DNA from: a virus
Reading direction: 5' to 3' (one strand)
DNA: 64,000 nt
IMG/VR virus record: IMGVR_UViG_3300034121_000850
Location: 1-64,000 of that record
The notes under the pieces were generated by a model. That model saw only the letters and a program-made list of their open reading frames with translations, had not been told where the DNA came from and did not search any database. Each line of letters starts with the position of its first letter. Position 1 is the first letter of the stretch. Shown here piece after piece: positions 28,467 to 40,400 of the stretch. Both the position numbers and the translations under genes were made by a program.

Positions 28467-31400
28467 TTATTTCTTTGTTTTACATTGTTCATTCTTATCT
28501 TCTGCATCTTTATCAGGAATAGAAGAAAAGTCCATACTTGTTTGAGTACCTTTTTTAGAAGTTGATTTTACAGTATTCTTAGTAAATTGAGCAGGACTTG
28601 ATGGTAAATTACCTAAATCTTGAGCTCTTCTAAAAGTTAAAGTTATAGTATATTTAGTTATAACTTCTCCATTAGGTAAAGTAATAGCAGGAAAATCTAG
28701 CATTTTTTTACTATTCATAGGAGTACTATGAGTAAGTTCAAATCTACCTTTCCCATTTAAACCAAAAGTATAAATTGAACCATTTGTAGTTTGTAGTTCG
28801 TTTGTATAACCTTTTAATTTTTCATTATCAGGTAACCATTGTTTATCATATTTATTAGCAAAAGTCATTTTACCATCGTTATCGTCAACAATACCAAGTC
28901 CAGCGTCATTACCGATAGTATATACAATTACAGGGTAATTTCTTGCTGAAACTGATTCAGTAGTATCTTTATGAGGGTAAATGTATTGATCGTCTGTATA
29001 AATGTTACCAATTACACTATCATAAACACTCATATCAACTCCAATAGCTTTTTCAATTTCCCGAATAATTGGGTTTAATACACCTAATGATGGTAATTGA
29101 TTACCTTTTTGGTCTAAACTATGATAAGAATAATACTTAGAATTTTTATCAAAACTGTCAATTTTAACAGGCTTTGCTAAAGGGTTAGTTCTTGCCCACA
29201 TTAAACCATAATGGAACATTTCATTAGCAAATTTACCTTTATTCTCTTTATAGGTTTGTGCTTTAATTTGTGGCTTAATAATATCTACAAATTGTTGAGT
29301 TTTTTCTTTAGTAGGGGTAGTTTCTGCTTGTATAACACCATAAGCTTCTGATACAACTGTTACAGTTTGTTCTGTATTCCAATTATATTTATTGATTAAA
29401 TAATCTAAAGCAGTAGCATGAGAAGGTTCATTAGCTTTATTAGCTTTTGTATTTCCATAATAAATAGGTTTATTTTTAAATTTACCTGATTTAATTTGTT
29501 CTCTTATCCACTCTGCTTGAGGTTCATTACTACTTAGTACAAAATCTATAAAATCAATAACATTTTCTTTAGTAGTTTTACCACTCATATGAAAAGGATT
29601 TTCAAAAGAAGTTGGCATTTTAGTAGATTTATAAGCTACAACTGCATTACCTTTCTTTTGCTCATCAGAATATTCATAAGGTTTTTCTACTATTTTAACA
29701 TTTTCAGATTGAGTTTTATCTCCTAATTGAGAATATATATATTCCGCTGTATTTCCATTATTAGAATCTTTTTCAAGACTTTCTATGGTTTTTATATAAA
29801 CCTCTTTAATAGCAGCTTCACCTGCTGCATTAAGTTCTCTTGTACCGATACCTGCAAAATCTTTAGTAAGTATAGGAGTGCCAACTTTTATAAAATCATT
29901 TTCAGAACTATCCCATTGATACCAACCTATTTCATAATCTTGTGTTTTACGTTGATTAAATACATAAACAGGTTTATCAATTTGTATAGCCATTTCAACA
30001 GCATATCCTGTACCCCCTTCTACAACAGATTTTTTAGACTTATTAGTATAACCTTTTTTATCTACTTCATTAGGACTTAATATAGTAGAAACAGCGTAAA
30101 CAGCATCACTGTTTTTAACTTGAAACCAATTTCTACCATGTAAAGGATAATATTTAGGTATATCAGGTCTACCTAAAATTTTATAAGTTTTTTTAACTCT
30201 TATAACACCTTCTTTTAATTCTTCTGTTGTTATTACTTTATTACCTTTTGGAGTTTTATCTCCATAAAAATAATGGTAATTATTAATCATTCCAAAAGTT
30301 TCACCAATAGTATCCCAAGCACTATCTGCTCCTATTGCTCCACCAGAATGATTAATAAAATTACTTATATCAGTAGTTAACCGTTTAACAACTTTTTTAG
30401 CAAGTTCTATTGCTTTTTCTGCTTTAGTAGCTTCTTTTTCTTCTTCTTGTTTTAAAGATTCTATTTTTAAATCAGATAATTCATCATTTATTTTATTAGA
30501 ATCTAAAATACTAACATCACCTGTTTCAATTAAATTTCTACTACCTAATAAACTTAATGGAACGTAAACCATAAAACCATTTATAATACCTACTTTTTTA
30601 ATAAGTATTTCTGTACTTAAACTTAAATTCTCATTACTATTTGGTATTTTTAATATATCTTTTTGTTGGTCAGCATCTAAATTATGATAATAATCTTCAT
30701 GTATTAAAACTACATTATCTTTAGTTAAACGCCAATCAATACCTTCTACTTTTTGTGTATCCCAATCAACTTGTGTTTTAGTAAGTGGAAGTATATTAGT
30801 ATTATTTCTTAAAAAAGATTCTGAAAATTCTTTATAATAATGGTTATTTTCATCAAAATTATATAATCCTAAACCAACATTAAATTCATTTACTAATATA
30901 TCTAATGATATAATTTTTGCATATGAATCAGTTACAGGGGCTAAACCCCAAGCTAAATCAGCATACAATACTAAATTTTTACCAAGTAATGAAACATAAG
31001 GGTCATTAGAATAATACATTTCATCTAAAGACCTTCTTAATCTTTTTTCAATAGCATCCTCTTTAATATTATTAAATTGTAGTTTCTTACCTTGAGTTTT
31101 AGTTGCAGGTTTAACTTCAATATAATTTATTATATGAGTTTCAGTTGTTTTTAATTTTAAAATATTTTTAACTACTTCTATTTGATTAAAAATAGGATAT
31201 GTTAAAAAATCTTCAAAAGTTAAAGTTTTATTACTATCAACAACAGTATTATTTAATCCAAGAATTGTTTTAATTTGTACATCTGATAATTTAAAAGCAT
31301 CATTACTTCTATACAATTTTGTATTAATAAATTTATCAAAACTTCTTTTAATACCATCTATTTTATTATATTGTGTAATTGGTATATAAGTCCTCAAATC

Positions 31401-34400
31401 ATTAAAAGCTTGTCTAAAGAATGCAGATTCTGTAATAAATAAAGACTCCATAGCATCAGCACCTGCTTTATTAGAATTTAAATAATAAGCTTCTATTAAA
31501 GGATGTACTGATTTTTTATCAATACCAAATAGTTTTGGAAATATAGCTTTAATTAAATTTGTTCTAGTACCATCAGACTCTTCAATATAAAAATCATCTT
31601 TTTTAGCTAATTCTGTTATATTAAAAGTAATATCATGTGTTTTAGTTGTACTTGGACCAGCGCCAATCTTATCAACAGCAAATATAGTAGATAATTTAAG
31701 AATCTTTTTACCTAACTTATCTAATTCTTTAAAATGTTTTAAAGCAATAATTTGACTTTGTATATACTCTATACGTTCAGCAAGAGTTAAAGTTTTTTGT
31801 TTTGATTTTTGTATAGCATTGTCTAAATCTTTTATTGAAAAAACTTTATTAAGACTTCTATCAACACCAAGATATTTTTTTAATGTTTCATTTTTAACTC
31901 TAAATTTAGCATCTTTTAAACCTTGTTCAAAAAGTTTATTTTCTTTTATTTTTTTTGTTTGAACTAAAAGATTATATAAACTACCAAATAAATATCTTTC
32001 AGTATCTTTAATAGTATCACTTAGAAATTTTTGAGATATTATATTATTAGCATTATAATAATTTTCAACCATTTCAAGTATAATAGGTTGATTTACTAAT
32101 AATAACGCTAATTCAATATCCCCTGTAATGTTATTAACAGCTGATATTACATTAAAAGTAACTTCATTTATATTTCTTGGTAAAGGGTTAGCTACGGAGT
32201 CAACAGAATGGTCAGTTAATAAACCATTAATATAAGAGTATTTTTTACCATTAATATTTATAAACGTACCATCGTTATTCCAACCAAATTTATCAAATAC
32301 TATTGTAACAGAATTTTCTGATACTATAACATTATCACTTCCATGTTTTTTAATTAAATCTTCTACCGTAAAAAGAATTTCATTAATAGGATAAGTTGCT
32401 GAATAACTTTGCGAAGATTTTGCTCTAACAGTTTGTAATACAGCCCATGTTCCAGCATTAGAAGCACTTAATCCAGTATTACTTAAACTTCCAACAGATG
32501 AATCTCTAAGATTACCATTAACATTAGGGTCTACAGGATTTGGTTCTTTTTTCTTTGTACCATTTAATTTAGCAGCTATTGCTAATGTTTCAGGGAATTG
32601 AGCAGGTTCAATAGCTTCTAATTGATGTGTACTATTAGACATAACAGACATCATAACATTAAAAGTAACATTTTGACGTTGCGCAACAGTATTATATTCT
32701 AATAAACTATCTACATATAAACTAATTAAATTATCTTTTTCTATGTTATGATTAACAGTAAGGTCATAAATAGCTTGTTTATATTCAGATTCAGCAGCTT
32801 TTGTTGAAGTATTAATTCTTTTAATTTCATCAATATTAGATTGTAATAAAGTATTTTGAACTTTATTTAATTTATCTACAAGTTTATCTCCAATTCTAAC
32901 ATTTTTAATGATATCTTCTATCATATTATTAGAATCGGTAATATATTTAGATTGTAATTCAGCCATTTCTTGAATTACATCTAATCTAAATTCCCAAAAT
33001 TTATCAGTATTAAAAGCAGCTTTAAGGAAAGAATCTGTAATAGTTGTAATTTTAGCAGTTTCTGTTAAACTTAAATTAGCTCTTTCTGCTGCTAAAATTT
33101 TATTAAATTCTACTAATTCTTTTTCTAAAATTTCATACTCATCTTCAAAAGCTTCATTTAATACTTCAAATTCTTTAAATTTATCTGAAAATAAAGTTTG
33201 TAAATTAACATTAGTACGGAAAATATTTTTTATAACAGTAGACTCTCTACTTAAAATAAGTTTCTTTTCTGATATAAGTTGATTACGGTCATTAAAATAA
33301 TTATCATTAAATTGATTTAAAACTTCTTGAAGTTGCTTTCCACTTTTAAAAGCTTTTAAATCTTTTAAATATTCTTTATTAGTTGGTTTTCTTTTAGTAT
33401 CTAATTTCTTAAAACCATCATCTGTTTTTTCATGATGTGCAACCATAACATATAAACTATCTATGTCAAAGTCCATACCTGTTCTAGTAATTAAATCTTT
33501 ATTTACAACCATAGTTGCACCAATTTCTTTTGGTAAAAATCCAACTACTTCTAAAACAGCAACAGAATGTTTACCTGATGTAGGAATCCTATAAGCAATT
33601 AATCTTCTTAAATTAACATCTAATTTATTTATATCAATAAGTTCACCTTTCTCATAAAAATCTGAACTCCAAGCAGGAAGCCAAGTTTCAATAACCCAAA
33701 CACCATCAACAAATTTAACATCTAATTCTCCACTATGTGCTACATCATACATTAAAGCATCAGAAGCTACAATAGCATGGAAACCAGGCATTTTCTGTTT
33801 TGTAACATTATTGCTCCATACAGATAATAATGAACTCATAAAAGTATCTTTAGTGGTATTAGCATCTAAAGGTAAATACAATTTATTAGATTTTTCATCT
33901 ATTGTTAAAGCGGCTTTTAAATTGCTTGATAAAGGTTTAGAAGTATCACTTTTTAAAAAGTCTACAACAGTTTGTAAATCAATGGAAACTTCTCCAAATT
34001 CATCGTAAGTAATACCTAACTTATCATCTACAACTTTTCTAGAAAATTCAAGTAGTTTTACTAAGTTATCTTGAAAAAGTGCAATTACATCAGAACCTTT
34101 TACATTTGTACCATCTACATTATAATTATGTTCAAATGGAATATTTGTTAATATAAATTTAGAAATTTGTACTGCTAATTTTGCAGCATAATCTTCATAA
34201 TCAGTAGGAGTTTCTTGTTGTAATGTCCAATTTTCATTCTTTGCTTTTTCAAAAACAAGATTATCTAAATTATCTAAAAGATTATTGTTAATATCAACAA
34301 TTATATTAGTTTGAAAATGCCCAAACTTCTTACCTGATTTGTAAACAACTTCATCAGCTTTATAACCTATTGTATTATTATTTTCATCTTTTATTGCAAT

Positions 34401-37400
34401 ACTTTCAATAAGTTTACTAATTTGAGTTCTTTCCCCAGTTTTAGGGTTAGTTTCAAACATTTGAGGTATATATGGTACAGCAGCATATTTGAATTGTTTA
34501 GAAACTACAATTTCTACATTTTCATCAAAATTTCTACTATAATCATGAAATTTAAAAACTCCTAATAAAGTTTTAACTTCAAGATAATTTAATTTTTGGT
34601 TTGCTTTAATTTTAGCAAAAAGGTCTTTATAAGTTTCATATCTTCCATGCTCTTTTAAGGTCTTTTCTAAGAAATCAAGCATTATATAACCTCCACCATC
34701 AGAAGTTTTAATTTTTTTATAATCAGCTAAAAGACTTGTTGCTAAAGCTTTAGCTTTAGTTTCTTCAACACCAGTTTCTTCCATAATATCTTTAGTAGTA
34801 TTTTCTACCATCAAATTATATACGGAAGATTCTGATATTATATCATCAACAATTAATATATTACGTGTATCTCCTATTTCTGTTAAAGAACCTTTTTCAC
34901 CAGGAGAACCAGGAGCTTTTGCACGTTTATTAACAGTAACATTATTTGCATATTCGGCAGTAACTCCAAATATAAAATTTTGTAATTCAACGTTATTTAT
35001 ATAATAATTAAGAGAAGATTCAACAAGGAATGTGTTATAATCAGAATCTAAAAACTTTTTATTAGCAACAGTAAAAAATGGACTTAATATTTTTTTAAAT
35101 TTATTATTTGTTTTATAAAATTCTTTATAAATTCCACTAATTTCTTTTTGAATAGCTTCTTCAGCAGCAATTGTATTATCTATACTATTATAAACATCTT
35201 TATAAACAATACCTTGCATAAATAAACTATCAACACTATTTAATGAAGGGATATTATGAAATTCAAAAACTCTTCCTACTGGTTTTTTATTTTGTTGATA
35301 TATTCTTACACCACCTTTTATATGAAAATGATAACTTTCTAAAAAGAATGGTTCATTTTTTCTATTTATTATAAGATTTCCTTGTTCATCCCTTACAACT
35401 CTACGAACACCATTAACTTCTTCTGTTTCATACATAAACAGTGTTGCTTGATGCATACGTTCTACTTCTTGTAAAGTAGTATTATATATTGCATTAAATA
35501 AAGAAGAATCAGTTTTTAATTCTATACCATTTTTATTAAATGTAATATCCCCTTCTTTTACAGCAATTCTTTTAACCTGTAAATCATATCTTGTAGGACT
35601 ATTAGACATTGTTAAAAATGGACTTCTAATCAATTCAGAATTAACATCATATTTTGTTGTAGTTAAATAATTAATAGCATTATTTAAATTCCACTCAAAA
35701 GAATTTTGGGTATTATATTTTTTACCTACACCAGTGGTTGTATTTTTTAAACCATCTTGTCCTAAAATATTAAAATAGTTAAAAAACTCACGATTAAGAG
35801 TAGCTTTTGCTACATCTTTTACGCCATCAGTTGTTAAAAGCATTCCAAATACTTCTTCTGTATTCCATAACCAATTAGAATACTTATTAGAAGGAGATAA
35901 AGCTAAACCTTGTAATCTTGTTAAAAGTTTAGATTCTGCAAGGTTATTACCTTTTTTATAACCTACTATTTCATCTATAAATGTTGTAATAAATGAAGGC
36001 ATCCTATGAGCACCCTCTGTTTTACCTGTTACATTTTTAAAAGTATTTTCTCCTAAAAATATATCATATTTTTTATAAAGTTTTGCTAAACTATTAAAAG
36101 TTTTATAACTGTCAAATCTTTCATTAACAGCGTAATCTCTAATAACTCTAGCAACAGTATTGATAAATACATTTTCTACTACTAATTTTTTATTAGGTTC
36201 TTTATTAGAATTTATAATTTTTATAATAGTTTTCTTATCAATATTTATACCAACTGCATCTAATAATTGTTCAGCTATATTAATTTTATCTTCTAAAGAA
36301 GTATTAAGATTTTTAGCTTTATTTATTTTATTTTGTAGTATAATTAAATTTTCAGGAGTAAAAGCTTTTACTTCATCTTTATATTTAAAGGTTGTAATCC
36401 ATTTATTACTAATACGATGTTCAGCTTTAATATTAGATATAGCAGTTTTAAAACTAAGATTTCCGTCAATTTCTGTAATTCTTTGATTTTCTATATCAAT
36501 ATCAGGAGTTGACATTAAAGCATATAACCCATCCTTAATATTTCCTTTATTTTCTATAATTTTATTATAAAAAATACCATAAAAAGGAGCTATAGTTGTT
36601 ATATTATATAAACGATTCATCATATCGTCAATATTTACTATACCAACAAGTGTTTCTCTTAAATAATTAAAACTTAAATTATAGTCAACAAACTCTACTA
36701 AACCACTTAAAGTATCTTGGTCAACAGTAACTTCAAATTTACCGACAGTAGTGTTAAATGATATATTTTTAACTAAAGGTAAATTATATACAAGTGTTCT
36801 TATAGGGTCGGAAACTCTATCAGCAAAAGGTTTTAAACTTGTAGTATCCTCCCAATTTTTAACAAGTGAATTAGCAGTTTCTTCAGATTCTACATCTATA
36901 TCGTCTAAATCATAATTAAGTTTACTTATTAAATTTTCATTAATTTTAACCCAAATAGAATTTTCAGTATTATTATTTTCTAAATCTTTTAATGTCCTAT
37001 CTAATAAATTTAATTGTTTAAGTTTAAATTCTTTTATTGTAGGATTTTCAGTCTTTTCTACTTCTGCAACTTTTAAATCTATTTTCTTTTTAATAGCATT
37101 AATAGTTGTAGACTTAAATGAATAGACTTCAATATTATCAATAACAGTTTCATCAATAGAACCTTTAAGAGAAGTATTTTTAGCTTCTTGATATTTTTGA
37201 CTAAGAAATCCTGTTAAAGAGTTTAAAAGATGCTCTTCTTCTTCAATACTAAAATTATCAACAACACTTGTAAATTGGTTATTATTTTTAGCAAAATTTA
37301 CAAACGTATCGTTTTCAGAAGTTGATTTAAAATCATTAAGAATACTCCAATTAGATTTTAAAATCTTAGAAAATTCATCATATAAATTAGACTCTTCAAT

Positions 37401-40400
37401 TTGAGGAGCTTTTTCTGCTTTAAATAATTTATTAAAAAACTTAACAATAGAATTAATAATTCTATCAAAGAAACTATCACTTGCTTGTATAGTTTCTTCT
37501 GAATCTATAACTTCTTTTGGGAATTGAAGTTTCTGTAATTCTTTTATTGTATTTTTATTAGAAATAGCTTCTGCAATAAATTCAAGTAAATTAATAGAAG
37601 ATAAACTACTTCTATCAGAAGTTCTTTTCAAATATTCGTTAAATATTACATTAAGTTCTTTGTATAAATTATGAATATTCTTTTCAGAACTGTTTAATTT
37701 ATAGCCATCCTTAACAAGTTTATCTAAAACTTCTCCTTGCATAACAGCATCAACTGTTAATTGATGTCCCAATTCATGTACTAAAACATGATTTGTAAAG
37801 TCATGGATATTTGTTTTAAACTTCTTAGGATTTATAAAAATAGTCTTACGTTTACGACTATAACGTGCAAATATAGAAGCCTTAGTTTTTCCAGTAGAAT
37901 CTTCAAAGAATTTTGAATCATCTAAAACAACTAATTTAATACCATTATTATTAATAAAATGATTTAATATTGTTTTACCTAAAGTACTTTCAGTATTAGC
38001 TAATATGTTTTCAAAAAATTCAGAATTATTTTGAGCAGTTATAACATTCTTACTATGCTTTAAAACAACAGCATCAGTAATTTCCGGAATATTAGCTTCA
38101 TTATTATATAATGATTTTACATCAGCAAACCATAAATCATCCCCAAAAGTAGTAGGTTCTGATGAATCAGTTTTATCAGGTGTAGAATCATCTACTTTAT
38201 CTTCTTTTTTAAGTCCTGTACTGTCTAATGTTAAAACTAATGGATAATGCCCTTTTACAGCAATATTACCAACAAACTTTTTACCAACTTTTACATCAGC
38301 AACATTTGTAGATAACACATCATTTTCAATAATCCAATCATAGTAATCTTCTTTTTTACCAGTTAAAGGATTAACAAAATTATCTACACTCCTATAATCA
38401 TAATTTCTTTTTAGTCCTTTAATAGCATCCTTAATTTTTGCTTTTGCTTTTGAACCTGTAATTAATTCATCATTTACAAGCATAGTAACTAGACTATGCG
38501 CTTTACCAGCTTTATTAAAAGGATATATTTTATAAGAATCATTACCAATAGTAAATTCTATAATTTTATCAGAAATATTTACATTAAAATAAGCAGCATT
38601 AACACCTTTAACATTTTTACGGAATCTACTACTTATAGGGGTAAATACACGAATCTTATCTTTTAAATTATTAATTTTATTATTAATTGTAGCTTCAGGG
38701 TCTTTATGAAATGCATCAATAATTTCTAAAATAGAATTATATACAAAATCCCTTGCTTCAAGATTATCACCTAAATCACTTCTAAATAATTTAACAGGTA
38801 TAGCTTTTCCTTTTACACCATCTATAACTAAATATTGAAAAGCGGATTCAAAATCTTTACCAAGAGTTTTTTCACCTTCTTCAATATATCTATTATAAAC
38901 AGGTTCTCCTGTTTTTAAATCAAAAAGCATTTTAGGATTTTCCCCTAATTTAGTAGATGCTATTGTTACTTTTAATTTTCCTTTTTTAAATTCTTTAATA
39001 GTTCTAAAAATGTAATTATTTTCTTTATCAACTGCAAATTGAACTGCCCCTGATGTTATTCTATTAACTTCAGTATCTACTGTTGCATCAACTCCATTTT
39101 GTTGAATTTTACTTAAAAGTCTATTTCTTAATGTTTGAGTAGCTGCAAAATCGTTTTCTATGATAGTTTTCCACCTTGTTAAAGACCTACGATAATCTTC
39201 ACCCGTACTACTATTATCTACGTTTCTTGATAATAATTTTTGTAAATGGATTACTTTAGAAAAAGCGTTACCACTTGTTGATAATTCTAATATACTTGCT
39301 AAGTTATTACTTATACTTTTATAATTAAAATTAAAAACCTCTTTTCTTAACGCAACTAAATCTTCATTAGAATTTTTTAATAAAGCTTCAACTAATAAAG
39401 GTTCAGAAACTAAATGGACTAAACCACCTTTTGATGATACATTAGCTTCTTTTTCTTCTAAATTAACAGTATTGCCTGTTTTATTTAAATGGGCGATAGC
39501 AACACCTTCTGTTGTTGATACTTTAATAGGTACACCTTTAATCCATTTTTCTAAATCTTCTTTAGATTTAGGTATTCCATTAAATTCTTTATTATCAGTA
39601 TCAATAGATAATACTAATTTTGAACCATTAACTAATTCTTTAATAGCAGCAAGAGTTTTACCTTGTTCTTCTGTTAAAATAACATTTATTTCTTCACGTT
39701 TTACTTTTTCTAAACTACTTATAAATACATTTACTCCACCACCTATATTAGATAGCATATCTTGAAATTCTTCAAAATCTTCTGTATTAGAATCTTTAGC
39801 AAGAAAGAAATCTTCTGCAACAACAGAGTTATAAGGAGTTTCTAAATCTGCTAAAATTTGTTTAATGGTTAAAAGATTTTGATTTATTTTAAGTTGAATT
39901 TCATATATTCTATTTAAAATAATAAGTTCATCCTCTTCTGATAAATTTTCATCATTATCTAACTTCTTTCTATAAAAAGAAAATAAACCTAATAAACCTA
40001 ATAAACTTGCTTCAGTAGGAGTATTAGGAACATTTGCAGTAGTAGGTTGAATATTACCTTCAATAGGTATTAATAATGCACCACCTGTCCAACCTTCATT
40101 ATTAAATCCAGACCATTGCTTACTATCTATTTCACCATTAACAGCTTTTGGTTTAGCACTAAAAGAACCAACATCGTGATAACCAAGTATTAAATCTTTT
40201 GGATTTAAATTATACTCTTTTTGAATTTGAATACCTTCATTTTCTATTTGATTCAAAGAACCTGCAAAATCTCTAACGATTGTATTATCATATTTATCTT
40301 TAAATATAAATACAACAGAACCTCCACTAAATCTACTATAAGCATTTCTATCCTTATAAATTAAATAAGTTCCTGTTCCATCTTGTAATAAAACTTCTCT

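Noticed and set aside
39965-40035. True PEP-CTERM exosortase substrate
   Set aside because: The motif is internal, lacks the exact PEP, and no exosortase is present; kept only as a membrane-anchor-like segment
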